A stretch of DNA of 25,111 bases from Candidatus Scalinduaceae bacterium (GCA_046759445.1 JBHICG010000049.1:1-25111); one strand, 5' to 3'; positions 9,329 to 19,237 are shown, numbered from the stretch's first letter. Notes: a model not told the origin generated them from the letters alone. A program made the numbers and translations.

Positions 9329-10183
9329 TCATACGAAATTGAATTGTGCCGATGCGTGGTAGGAGCTACGTACCAGAGGGCCTGATTCTACATGTTTGAA
9401 ACCCATCTTTTCACCCTCATACTTGAGACGTTTAAACTCATCAGGATGATAGAACGTTTCTATCGGAATGAATTGTTTTCCGGGACTGAGGTATTGGCCT
9501 ATTGTAAGTATGTCACAATCTACCTCCCTTAAATCTTTCATTACATCTATTATCTCATCATATTCTTCACCCATGCCCAGGATCAGGCCCGACTTCGTGG
9601 TGCAGTCGGCATAAATCTTCTTAGCTTTCTCTAATAGGCTTAGTGAACGGACATATTCAGACTGTGGTCTTATATCTGGATATAACCTTGGTACTGTTTC
9701 AAGGTTATGGTTAAGTATATCTGGACATTCTTTCAAAACAATCTTAAGGGCTTCTTCAGAACCTTTAAAGTCGGGCACCAAAACCTCTATTGTGCATGCA
9801 GGATTATTAGTACGTATGGTCTTTATTGTCCTTGCATAGATTTTTGCACCACCATCTGGAAGATCATCTCTGGTTACAGACGTAATAACAACATGTCTTA
9901 AACCTATCTGTTCAACTACCCATGCAATCCTTTCTGGTTCATCCTCATCAAGGACTGAGGGGTTTCCTTTGGTAACTGCACAGAAATTACAACTTCGTGT
10001 GCAGACATCTCCGAGTATTAGAAACGTTGCAGTGCCCTGCCCAAAACATTCTCCAATGTTCGGGCAAATTGCCTCTTCACATACTGTATGCAGGTTGGCA
10101 GATCTTAAAATATCTTTTAATCTGTAATATTCTTTGCCTCCCGGCAATTTAGCCTTGAGCCAGTTGGGGCGTTTTGTTTGCAT
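9329..10183 (-). CDS. lipA: Lipoyl synthase
   Basis: CEEAICPNIGEC, CTRSCNFC (radical SAM) and RSSY motifs. Confidence 0.98.
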   Translation of the reverse strand: MQTKRPNWLKAKLPGGKEYYRLKDILRSANLHTVCEEAICPNIGECFGQGTATFLILGDVCTRSCNFCAVTKGNPSVLDEDEPERIAWVVEQIGLRHVVITSVTRDDLPDGGAKIYARTIKTIRTNNPACTIEVLVPDFKGSEEALKIVLKECPDILNHNLETVPRLYPDIRPQSEYVRSLSLLEKAKKIYADCTTKSGLILGMGEEYDEIIDVMKDLREVDCDILTIGQYLSPGKQFIPIETFYHPDEFKRLKYEGEKMGFKHVESGPLVRSSYHASAQFNFV

Positions 10184-10889
10184 CTATTTTCTCCAATATC
10201 TCTTTTAGGCTTGTTGTTGCATAGTTTTTTACCCTAAAAACATCAACAAAATTTCTGATAATAAAATCTGTGGTTTCTTTTATATCTATATTTGTATTTA
10301 ATAGCTTTGATATCGATGTTATTTGAACATTTTGTATGCCGCATGGCACAATCATGTTGAAAGGTGAAAGATCATTGTTTACGTTCAATGAAAAACCATG
10401 CATGGTTGCGCCACCACCTATTCTAACACCCACAAACCCGATCTTTTCTCTACCTGCCCAAACACCCGTATATCCTTCGATACGCTGTGACTTAATTTTA
10501 TAATCCAACAGGGTTCTTATCATCACTTCTTCCAGCATTCGTAAATAATCGCAATATTCCTCCGTATAGGGCTTCATACCAATTATCGGATAACAAACTA
10601 TCTGTCCAGGCCCATGGTATGTGGTGGCGCCCCCCCTATCAACTCTGTATATAGAATATCCCATATTTTTTAGTTGATTCTCATTAGTTAGGAGATGGTT
10701 AACCTTTTTGTTTCTACGACCCAGTGTATATGTTGGAAGATGTTGGAGTGTAATGAGTATGTCTTCTATTTGATTTGACTGTCTTGCATTGAAGAGTCTT
10801 TTTTGGAGTCTCCAGGCGTTACCATACTCCACCAAATCCAGTTTCAGAAGGTGGCATCTTTTCACGGATTTCTTGTTTCCAGTCTTCAA
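10149..10889 (-). CDS. lipB: Octanoyltransferase (start uncertain: TTG 10889 or GTG 10865)
   Basis: QHLPTYTLG, RGGATTYHGPGQ, HGFSLNV and IVPCG motifs. Confidence 0.95.
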   Translation of the reverse strand: MKTGNKKSVKRCHLLKLDLVEYGNAWRLQKRLFNARQSNQIEDILITLQHLPTYTLGRRNKKVNHLLTNENQLKNMGYSIYRVDRGGATTYHGPGQIVCYPIIGMKPYTEEYCDYLRMLEEVMIRTLLDYKIKSQRIEGYTGVWAGREKIGFVGVRIGGGATMHGFSLNVNNDLSPFNMIVPCGIQNVQITSISKLLNTNIDIKETTDFIIRNFVDVFRVKNYATTSLKEILEKIDANKTPQLAQG

Positions 10890-12069
10890 GATTATCTTTT
10901 ATGGTTATTAAAAATTTATCAGCCTGGGCTCCATCAACGACTCTGTGATCGAAAGAAAGACTGATATACATCATGGAACGGATAGCAATGGCATCATTTA
11001 TAATAACGGGCTTTTTTACTATCGTGCCCATACCCAGTATTGCAATTTGAGGGAGCAGTATAATAGGTGTGCCAAATAAACTCCCATTTGATCCATAATT
11101 TGTTATTGTGAATGTGCCGTCTTGAACTTCATCCGGTTTTAGCTTTTTATTCCTGGCCTTATGGGCTAAGTCCTGGCTTATCATGGCAAGTTCTATCAGA
11201 TTTTTTTTATGAGCATCTTTTATCACTGGCACTATCAGGCCGTCTTCTAAAGAAACTGCTATACCTATATTTATATATTTTTTTATTATTATACCTTCAT
11301 CTGACCATGAGGAATTGAAGATAGGATGTTGTTTGAGGGCACGCGCAGTAGTCATAATGACGAAAGGAAGGTAAGTAAGATTAACACTTTCATCTTTAAG
11401 AAATGAATCCTTATGTTCTTCTCTGTATCTTACTATATTTGACATATCTACTTCGAAAGTGGTAGTTACATGTGCGGCAGTATTTTTACTTTCTGACATT
11501 CGTTCAGCAATGATTTTGCGCTTGGGTTTTATGGGAACTATTTCTTCTTTCTCTTTTACGTCTTCTTCAATGACAGGACGTAAATATTCTGGTTTAAATT
11601 TTATATATTTTTGTATGTCCTGTTTAGTAACCCTGCCAGCAATGCCCGTCCCTTGCACCTTGCTTAAATCTATTCTGTATTCTTTAGCCATGCGCCTTAC
11701 TAAAGGCGAGAGCCTCTTTTCAGCCTGTACCTTACCCGGATACGGCTTGACGGAAGGCATTTCTTTTACTGCCTTTTTCTCTTCACCTGGCGCAACTTCC
11801 TCTTTAGGAATTGAAGGGGTTTCTTCTACCTCAGCCTCTTTGAGAGTGGCAATAACGGTTTTTACAGGTACTGTTTCATCTTCCTTGTGAATTATCTTCT
11901 TCAAAATGCCTGATGTAGGGGCAGGAACCTCCGTATCTACTTTGTCAGTGCTTATCTCTACGATTGGCTGGTCTTTTTGTATTTTATCACCTTCCTTAAC
12001 CAGCCAGTGTACGATGGTTCCCTCTGCCACACTTTCACCCATCTGGGGCATGATTATGTCTAATGTCAT
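10819..12069 (-). CDS. Dihydrolipoamide acyltransferase (E2 of a 2-oxo-acid dehydrogenase complex)
   Basis: Lipoyl domain (STDKV), E3-binding domain (SPLVRR...GTGIAGRVTKQD) and catalytic DHRVVDG; AGGAG RBS. Confidence 0.95.
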   Translation of the reverse strand: MTLDIIMPQMGESVAEGTIVHWLVKEGDKIQKDQPIVEISTDKVDTEVPAPTSGILKKIIHKEDETVPVKTVIATLKEAEVEETPSIPKEEVAPGEEKKAVKEMPSVKPYPGKVQAEKRLSPLVRRMAKEYRIDLSKVQGTGIAGRVTKQDIQKYIKFKPEYLRPVIEEDVKEKEEIVPIKPKRKIIAERMSESKNTAAHVTTTFEVDMSNIVRYREEHKDSFLKDESVNLTYLPFVIMTTARALKQHPIFNSSWSDEGIIIKKYINIGIAVSLEDGLIVPVIKDAHKKNLIELAMISQDLAHKARNKKLKPDEVQDGTFTITNYGSNGSLFGTPIILLPQIAILGMGTIVKKPVIINDAIAIRSMMYISLSFDHRVVDGAQADKFLITIKDNLEDWKQEIREKMPPSETGFGGVW

Positions 12070-12102
12070 TTTTCTCCTAGGAAAAAGAAAAAGTTATTTG
12101 TA

Positions 12103-12250
12103 CCTAAATTGAGCGATTTTATATTATATGCCATTGTAGCCGATGGCTTAAGGCAATCTTAAGATTGACCGCCTGCGTTTCTCATCATTTGATGGATCCA
12201 CGTAAGTTGCGCAACCTCAAGGTTGCGGCTACAAAATCGCTCAATTTAGG
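12103..12250. mobile_element. 148-bp MITE-like element with 18-bp perfect TIRs and 5-bp target duplication
   Basis: CCTAAATTGAGCGATTTT (12103-12120) is inverted at 12233-12250; TTGTA is repeated directly at 12098-12102 and 12251-12255; internal TGTAGCCG...CGGCTACA REP-like pair. Confidence 0.8.
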
Positions 12251-12450
12251 TTGTAATATGATAACATTAGGTATTTTACAATATCAACTCATAAAAAATG
12301 ATTTTTGTCTGTACCCAAATGCCGTTTATGTCTGTAAGTTTATTCATGAAATTATTCAGGTATAAAATAAACTTTGCAAGAAAATTATACAATCATAAAA
12401 AATTTAGTCGTGCATTAAATAGAAAGGTTTCCCATACGTGCGAGGGAATC

Positions 12451-13170
12451 TTATATACCTACTGAAAGCCTCTCGGCAAGGAATAATGGCAGTCCAACTT
12501 TTTTTATTTTTGCCATTGTTTCCTGATAATTGTAAGTTAATCTGACTATCTCCACATTCCAATCAACATCATCAAATATGGCAAACGAGAGTAAGGGAGA
12601 ACCATCACGAGGTTGTCCAACACTCCCTACGTTAACAATAGTTTTGCCTTTTTTCGTTAAAATGGTCTTTTTCTCTTCACTATATAACTTATAGTCTGCA
12701 TACACTCCCGGGATATGTGAATGACCAACAAAACAAAGAGAGCATTTCATATCTGCCATGCTCAAATATGCATCCATAGCGTTGCAAATATACTTCCATC
12801 TCATTGGATTGTCTGGTGATGCATGCACATATAATATGCTGTTTTCCTCTGTCTGAATATGAAATTTTTCAATTATCTTTTTAGTTTCTTTACCCAGCAC
12901 GCCTCTTGTCCATCTGATTGCCTCGAGTGCATACCTGGTCATTTGATAATCTAAATCCATATTTGATATAGCATAATCATGGTTTCCCAGACAAATTTTA
13001 TCTGTAAGTGATTGAACTATTTCGAGACACTCTACTGGATCCGGGCCGTAACCGACAATATCACCAAGACAGACTACCCGCTTGTTACCTTCCAGCTTAT
13101 CAATGTATTCCAATGTCCTATTAAGGGCCTCCAGGTTTCCGTGAATATCTGAGATTATGATTATCTTCAT
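12451..13170 (-). CDS. Calcineurin-like metallophosphoesterase
   Basis: SDIHGN, LGDIVGYG, GNHD, GHSH and NVGSVGQPRDG motifs. Confidence 0.93.
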   Translation of the reverse strand: MKIIIISDIHGNLEALNRTLEYIDKLEGNKRVVCLGDIVGYGPDPVECLEIVQSLTDKICLGNHDYAISNMDLDYQMTRYALEAIRWTRGVLGKETKKIIEKFHIQTEENSILYVHASPDNPMRWKYICNAMDAYLSMADMKCSLCFVGHSHIPGVYADYKLYSEEKKTILTKKGKTIVNVGSVGQPRDGSPLLSFAIFDDVDWNVEIVRLTYNYQETMAKIKKVGLPLFLAERLSVGI

Positions 13171-13319
13171 TATTTATATATATTTTTTTTATGCATGAAA
13201 AATAATGATGTAATTTACAATCTCAAAAGCAGAATTCTGATTTGTATCAACGATGATCACTATAACTTTTCTACAGATAACCCTCACAAGGTTGAGCTAG
13301 TACTTACAGCAAAGTAGCA

Positions 13320-13532
13320 CTATTTCATATTTTTGTGGTGGGCACTTCTGACTTTGGCTGCGATGTACCCGAAAATAAAGCCTATAAGCATCGTTAATGC
13401 TATAATGATTATTTGCGGCATACTTGTTTCCCAGAAAAACAATTTCAAGGTGACAACCTGGGAGTTCTGGATGAGAATAACCAGGAACAACACAAACAAA
13501 ATAGTAAAAATGGTGACTTTGAGTTTCTTCAT
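13320..13532 (-). CDS. LapA (DUF1049) family small membrane protein
   Basis: Two hydrophobic helices separated by QNSQVVTLKLFFW; AAGGAG RBS. Confidence 0.8.
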   Translation of the reverse strand: MKKLKVTIFTILFVLFLVILIQNSQVVTLKLFFWETSMPQIIIIALTMLIGFIFGYIAAKVRSAHHKNMK

Positions 13533-13688
13533 GATTTCTCCTTTCTTCTTATAACATGAATACAGTATAATATAATTTTCTTAACGTAAAAGAAGGTTGA
13601 AGTTAATTAGTTTCTCTTGTGGAAAGCTTAAATGCCCAAAAATGTCATTGGCAATTCCGCAACAGCAGAATCTATATAAATTTAGATG

Positions 13689-14468
13689 TTAAGCAATTTT
13701 AACGAATAAATCTACAAATCTTTCTACAAGATAGGCGAGGTATTCTATATCTATGTGTGCCTCTGCACTGATATCTACGTACAATTTGCAACTTGCCTGG
13801 TATTCCTCGTCTGCTTCCCAAAAACACAAATACAGGGGTATACGTGGTAAAAGGTCAAAACGACAAATATAGTCGGCCTTCATTTTGCCCTGTTCTTCTA
13901 TTCCTCCCATTTCTTTACAGCGAGTCTTCATGCCATCTATATTCTTATTGAAGATTTCTGCTACCTTTTCTTCTGCCTTTCTTTGAAATGCCTTCACGTG
14001 CGAAGCGGTATTAGAAAAAGAACCTAACATAACCCAATCACCAGCTAAAGGTTTATTTCCCTTTCTACGGACATAATCATAGATTATGATTTTAGTCCAT
14101 GAATCGTTACAATATTTATTATTTTCGTACAATCCCTCTTTGCGCATTTCGTAAAGTTTGTTCATCATTTTAAGTCTTATGCTTTCTCCTCCATTGTTAT
14201 TCTCAAAATGCCCGCCAATGGAGACGGCAGCCTCTTTGAAATTAGTATTTTTCGCCTCTTCTTCTAATTCGTCACTCACACGCCCATAATTGTCTTCCAT
14301 TGTGACAGGGGGTTTCTCGGGTAATAATTCCTTGTTCTCTTCACTAACATAGGGACAATCCGTTATCTTGAATTGAGCATTTTTTACCTTGATTGCAAAA
14401 GCAATACAGGTGGGAACGCCACATTTCTGGCAGTTAGTTCCAGGTAGTTTCTTGTATATCTCAATCAT
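13689..14468 (-). CDS. Fe-S-binding domain (AcsC/CdhE N-terminal type) fused to a DUF3786-like domain
   Basis: IYKKLPGTNCQKCGVPTCIAFA...CPY; C-terminal LPRIPLYLCFWEADEEY. Confidence 0.8.
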   Translation of the reverse strand: MIEIYKKLPGTNCQKCGVPTCIAFAIKVKNAQFKITDCPYVSEENKELLPEKPPVTMEDNYGRVSDELEEEAKNTNFKEAAVSIGGHFENNNGGESIRLKMMNKLYEMRKEGLYENNKYCNDSWTKIIIYDYVRRKGNKPLAGDWVMLGSFSNTASHVKAFQRKAEEKVAEIFNKNIDGMKTRCKEMGGIEEQGKMKADYICRFDLLPRIPLYLCFWEADEEYQASCKLYVDISAEAHIDIEYLAYLVERFVDLFVKIA

Positions 14469-14615
14469 TGAATATTTTTTATCTTCAAAAATAGGCTAAG
14501 GTTTGAGAATAACCCCTGTTTATTAAATCACAAATTTTGTTTTGCAAGAAAAATAGACGCACATGTTCTTGTTATCTGCAAGTATTAGCGATTGTAAGTG
14601 TCTAATTTATTGAAC

Positions 14616-15017
14616 TCATTTATCAAACATCGTGCCGAACAGTATTGGGTCATGGATGGTTATTATTATAGGACATGGTGATAAGACCGAAGCCTTATCA
14701 AAGGGCGAAAAGAAGACGTCTAACTTGTCTTTTTTGGCTTCTTTCCCCAGTATTACATGGTCCCACCACTGCGTATTCCATTCAGGCGTAATCTTAATTG
14801 TTACTTTTTTATCTTTAAGATTTATGGCTGGAAGTCTTGCAGACAGTACATATTCGGATTGGTTCAAATTAGACAGGTATGAATGTTGATTCCCATACAA
14901 AAAAAATTCATGGTCTGGCCTTTCCCTGATAGCTAATTTTAGAAAATTAATCAAGTATCTATCGGCGCCAGACATGAAATTGTTTTTGAGACCTCTACAG
15001 TCAATTCCAATCCTCAC
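14616..15017 (-). pseudogene. Truncated glycosyltransferase family 4 (N-terminal domain only)
   Basis: MRIGID.R...G..RY..N start and PIIITIHD motif. It stops at 133 aa with no room for the C-terminal GT-B domain before the next gene. Confidence 0.65.
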
Positions 15018-15241
15018 ATTCTATTCCTAACCAGACAGGTTCCGCTAAATAAAAACATTCCTTAACTAGTAAGATATTTTACAGTAAGACGTCTAAGATA
15101 TTCAAGAAATTATAAAAGTTCTCTTTCGCCTTTTTTACATTTTGATAGTTAAACATAATAATTTTTGTGCTAATATATAAATAGATAGAGGGCAAATTTT
15201 GACAAAATATTTGTTTATGTTTGCTAATTGAGGAAAGTCTA

Positions 15242-15814
15242 ATGAAGAACCTAATAACCCTGTTGACCATCTCAATAATCTTAATTGTTGTTAGTGGATG
15301 TGCGGGGATACAATACGGAAGAGGTGTAAGTTATTTAAAGCAACAAAGGTACTCTGAGGCAATTGATTCCTTTAATGCCGTTCTAGAAAAGAATCAAGAA
15401 TATCCGAAGGCACATACTCAGCTTGGAATAGCCTATTATAAAAGCGAATTATATAAACAAGCAATTTCTGAACTTAAAACTGCAAAAGAACTTCGAAGCA
15501 ATGATAAAAGGGCAAGACTTTTTTTGGGTATGTCATATCTAAGGTACGGAAAGATAGACGATACAATTATTGAATGGAGTTCATACCTTAAAATGTTCCC
15601 TTATGATAATATGTCAGAACAACTGCGGAATGGTATAGCGGTACTTGAAAGTAGTGAAATCTTGCCAGAAACTGTAGATTTGATAACAGGTAATATTGAA
15701 ACCATAATTGCACAGGAAGATAGGATTCGTGATACGATATATTATTATAGGGTTAGAAACTTTGGGCACAGGTATAGGTTTTCACATTTCCATGGCTATT
15801 ATCCATGCGATTAG
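15242..15814 (+). CDS. TPR-repeat lipoprotein
   Basis: GAGGAAAG precedes the ATG at 15242; lipobox VVSG-C; TPR-like AHTQLGIAYY and ARLFLGMSY. Confidence 0.85.
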   Translation: MKNLITLLTISIILIVVSGCAGIQYGRGVSYLKQQRYSEAIDSFNAVLEKNQEYPKAHTQLGIAYYKSELYKQAISELKTAKELRSNDKRARLFLGMSYLRYGKIDDTIIEWSSYLKMFPYDNMSEQLRNGIAVLESSEILPETVDLITGNIETIIAQEDRIRDTIYYYRVRNFGHRYRFSHFHGYYPCD

Positions 15815-16029
15815 GTTTACAAAAATAAGTGCCAACCTAATTTGTGAGGGTTTTTTTTACTTCAAATTAGCATGACATTTTGCATCTATTTCTTATTAAA
15901 TAGTTTTTGTAATATTCCTAGATTTTCAAAAAACAATTAGTTATCATCCCTATATAAGCCTTATTTTGAAACTTTGTAACCAAACACCATTATTCTTTCA
16001 AAAAGTGATTAATTCTAAAAGGAGGTAAA

Positions 16030-16983
16030 ATGAATATTCTTGTTTCGGGTTCATTGGCTTATGACAGGATTATGGACTTTCCAGGAAAGTTTTATGACCA
16101 CATACTTCCTGAGAAGGTACACGTTCTTAACGTGTGTTTTATGATAAATGGTTTAAGAGAGAATTTTGGCGGCACTGCAGGCAATGTTGCCTATGCGCTT
16201 TCTCTTTTTGATGAAAGCCCAACAATAATAGCTGCAGCCGGAAGTGACTTTGAAGCTTATAGAAATTGGCTAACGAAGAATAAAATCCCCACAGAACATA
16301 TTAAGATCATAGACGAAGAACTTACTGCGGGCGCTTATATAACCACTGATCAGTCAGATAATCAGATAACGGCCTTTAACCCGGGTGCAATGAAATTCAG
16401 TTCCAACTTTGATTTCGATTCGATTACACACGAAAATACTGTTGCTATCATTTCACCGGGTAATTTGGACGATATGTTTAATTTTTCAAATATATATAAA
16501 CAGAAAAAAATAGATTATATTTTTGATCCTGGACAGTCAATTCCTGCCTGGACCAGAGAGCGTTTAATAGAGATGATAGATGGGGCAAAAATTCTTATTT
16601 GTAACGATTATGAACTTCAGTTAACACAGGAGAAAACATCCATGTCAGTTGACGATATTTTGGATAAGACGGAGATACTTGTTAAAACAAAAGGCGAATA
16701 CGGTTCAGAAGTAATACTTAGAGAACACAACAAAACCAAGAGTATCGATATCCCCGTTGCCAAGGCTGATTCTGTGAAAGATCCTACAGGGGCTGGTGAT
16801 GCCTACAGGGCAGGATTAATTAAGGGGTTCTTTTTATCGGATAATGATATTGTTCATGGTGCAAAAATAGGAGCCGTTTGTGCTGCTTATTCTGTGGAAG
16901 TGTATGGCCCACAGAACTTTCATTTCACACCCGAATCATTTAATAAGCGATTCGAAGCCGTTTTTGGGGAAAAGGCATTTTGA
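16030..16983 (+). CDS. PfkB family carbohydrate/nucleoside kinase (adenosine kinase-like)
   Basis: SGSLAYD, GGTAGNVAY, DPGQ and DPTGAGDAYRAG motifs; AAGGAGG RBS. Confidence 0.93.
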   Translation: MNILVSGSLAYDRIMDFPGKFYDHILPEKVHVLNVCFMINGLRENFGGTAGNVAYALSLFDESPTIIAAAGSDFEAYRNWLTKNKIPTEHIKIIDEELTAGAYITTDQSDNQITAFNPGAMKFSSNFDFDSITHENTVAIISPGNLDDMFNFSNIYKQKKIDYIFDPGQSIPAWTRERLIEMIDGAKILICNDYELQLTQEKTSMSVDDILDKTEILVKTKGEYGSEVILREHNKTKSIDIPVAKADSVKDPTGAGDAYRAGLIKGFFLSDNDIVHGAKIGAVCAAYSVEVYGPQNFHFTPESFNKRFEAVFGEKAF

Positions 16984-17029
16984 AACATGCGGTAAGTGAA
17001 AAAGTTAATTATGAGGAAGCCATGAAGGC

Positions 17030-17572
17030 ATGATACATAGACCTCAGAAACTCACTTTATTTATAGCTACCTTTTCGTTATTATGTTTTTTACTTGCCTG
17101 TAATAGAATCGAAACAAGTGAAAAGCAAGCAGAAACATTGAGTAATTCTAAGCTTACAAAACAAAAAGAGGCGAACATATCTGAGAGAGTAAATAAAACC
17201 GATGAAGAATGGCGACGGTTGCTTACATCAGAGCAGTATAGGGTTACGCGTGCAAAGGGAACAGAACCACCATTTGCAAATGAATATTATAACTTCAAAG
17301 GAAAAGGTATATATCAATGTGTGTGTTGTGGCAATGAATTATTCTATTCAGAAACAAAGTTTGATTCTGGAACAGGTTGGCCGAGCTTTTGGGAAACGAT
17401 TTCGGAGCAAAACGTTAAAACGTCTGTAGATAAAAGCATTGGCATGATAAGGATTGAGGTGATGTGCAGCAGATGTGATGCGCATCTTGGACATGTGTTT
17501 AAAGACGGTCCGCCACCGACCAGGCTCAGATACTGCATTAATTCGGCGTCACTAAAGTTTATGGAGGAATAG
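17030..17572 (+). CDS. msrB: Peptide-methionine (R)-S-oxide reductase with a lipoprotein-like N-terminus
   Basis: GTEPPF, CxxC pairs, KFDSGTGWPSF, HLGHVF and RYCINS motifs; N-terminal LLAC lipobox. Confidence 0.95.
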   Translation: MIHRPQKLTLFIATFSLLCFLLACNRIETSEKQAETLSNSKLTKQKEANISERVNKTDEEWRRLLTSEQYRVTRAKGTEPPFANEYYNFKGKGIYQCVCCGNELFYSETKFDSGTGWPSFWETISEQNVKTSVDKSIGMIRIEVMCSRCDAHLGHVFKDGPPPTRLRYCINSASLKFMEE

Positions 17573-17625
17573 GGGAATAAGTAAATCAGTCACCTTTTCT
17601 GTTTTTTCTGTATTATTTTGAATCA

Positions 17626-17867
17626 GGGGACACCATATCTATTTAATTGACTTATGAGAATACAAAAGCAAAATTCTAGTATGCCAAGAATTGCCCGAGT
17701 AACAGTACTAAGTTTACCACATCATAAAAACCAAAGGGGAAGCCGTAGACAAAAGACGTTTTGTAATAATGATAGTTTATTGACCCACTTGAGAAATCTA
17801 TAGGAAGGGTTCTCAAGCCTAAAAATCAAGAATAAAACCCAAGAAAAAAATAGGCATGATATTCCCC
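17626..17867 (+). mobile_element. Internally deleted REP-associated tyrosine (Y1/RAYT-like) transposase remnant with imperfect inverted repeats
   Basis: 17681-17803 encodes MPRIARVTVLSLPHHKNQRGSRRQKTF (RAYT-type N-terminus). An overlapping frame gives FIDPLEKSIGRVLKPK (C-terminus-like). Flanked by GGGGACACCATATCTATT and AATAGGCATGATATTCCCC. Confidence 0.7.
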
Positions 17868-17948
17868 GATCGATCTTGATTAATTATACAAAAACAATAT
17901 AATAACTTATATTTTTTTCATTTTCAATAAATCATAGGAGGTCTTAAT

Positions 17949-18089
17949 ATGGCTAATATCGTACCAACCCTTTTTGGATTGTTTTTATTAGCGCAATTTG
18001 TTTACCATATGTTTGTTCCTCATGCTCTTTATAAATCTTTTTTTGGGATACCTTGTATTTACGATTATCTTATAAGGCTCTTCACATGA
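17949..18089 (+). CDS. 46-aa hydrophobic small protein MANIVPTLFGLFLLAQFVYHMFVPHALYKSFFGIPCIYDYLIRLFT
   Basis: Translated by hand; strong AGGAGG SD upstream of the ATG; one predicted TM helix. Confidence 0.55.
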   Translation: MANIVPTLFGLFLLAQFVYHMFVPHALYKSFFGIPCIYDYLIRLFT

Positions 18090-18300
18090 TCAAGTGGGGG
18101 CGGTTAATGGTGTCACCTTGATTTGTGATTATAATTTTTAATACTATAATGTTGTTTGTTTTATTTGAAAGCAAATTCGGAGACACAGATGCAACGTTTA
18201 AAAACCGGTATCCAGTGAAAATAATTGGGACACTATTTATTCACACCTTATCTCTTTGGTATTTTTTTTAATGCAGAAGAATGAATTTTTCTCCTTTGCT

Positions 18301-18483
18301 TTATACCTCAACCGTCCAATTCGGATCAAAACGAGCATGGCAGCTTGGACATATCAGGATAATCTTACATTTTTCTTTCGTTAGTCGCACAAATGAAGTA
18401 TGGAATCCATCCTCGTATCCACATTCAGGGCAAATATGAAGTTCCTTTTCTATTGATATTTGCACGGGTTCCCTATTATCCAA
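18301..18483 (-). CDS. Small zinc-ribbon protein
   Basis: CPECG...CPSCH; AAGGAG lies 7 nt before the TTG start. Confidence 0.75.
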   Translation of the reverse strand: MDNREPVQISIEKELHICPECGYEDGFHTSFVRLTKEKCKIILICPSCHARFDPNWTVEV

Positions 18484-18566
18484 AGCATTTCTCCTTTTTT
18501 ATGGTTTCGTTGTTACGATCCAGCAACTATTATTTTAAATAAAAATGACACATGTTCTCTAAATAA

Positions 18567-19118
18567 TCACTCCTTCCACTTAATCGAACATCCCAGCGAT
18601 GGATACTGATTGGGAGAAGGCTTATTCCCTTCCAGCAGCGCTTCAATGGCATCGTTCAAGTCATGTGAGGTTACTTTATCTGGTTCTTGCCAGTTATCAT
18701 CTACACGGCCATGGTAGCACAATTCTCTTTCCTTATCATAGACGTATATATCAGGAGTACATTGTGCCTGGTATTTTTTTGCTATCGATTGGTCGCCATC
18801 TCTTAGATAGGGGAAATTGTATCCCTTTTCCTTTGCCCTATTAACCATGTTTTCAAAATTGTCTTCAGGGTATGCAACATCATCATTTGGGTTGATGCCT
18901 ATGAATTGAACGTTTCTGTTTGCAAATTTCTCCTGCAAATGAACAAGCCTGCTATCCACGGCCTGAACGTACGGACAATGATTGCACATAATGACAATGA
19001 CTAATACATCTTTATGGTTATAGTCGGCAAGAGAGTGCATTTCCCCATCTACACCCTTTAAGCAAAAATCAATTGCCTGTGTTCCTAATGGAATGTTAAT
19101 TGACTTTAGTAAAACCAT
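18567..19118 (-). CDS. Thioredoxin-like AhpC/TSA (redoxin) family protein
   Basis: CNHCPYV, NFPYLRD, AQCTPD, YHGRVDD and GCSIKW motifs; GGAGG RBS. Confidence 0.92.
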   Translation of the reverse strand: MVLLKSINIPLGTQAIDFCLKGVDGEMHSLADYNHKDVLVIVIMCNHCPYVQAVDSRLVHLQEKFANRNVQFIGINPNDDVAYPEDNFENMVNRAKEKGYNFPYLRDGDQSIAKKYQAQCTPDIYVYDKERELCYHGRVDDNWQEPDKVTSHDLNDAIEALLEGNKPSPNQYPSLGCSIKWKE

Positions 19119-19193
19119 TTTTCCCTCCAGATAGAAAAAAAGATCTAAATTAACATTAAAAAATTTGTTATTGAATTTAAGCCAAAATTCTTA

Positions 19194-19237
19194 AATCCCC
19201 CTAACCCCCTTTAGAAAAGGGGGAAAGAGGGGGATTT
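19194..19237. repeat. CCCCCTAACCCCCTT...AAGGGGG REP-like hairpin (related copy at ~21200-21298)
   Basis: AAATCCCCCT...AGGGGGATTT inverted arms. Confidence 0.65.

Noticed and set aside
7200..12365. Alternative-frame or antisense ORFs in comEC, the rod-like gene, lipA, E2 and across the MITE
   Set aside because: They overlap real genes or repeats and have no recognisable features.
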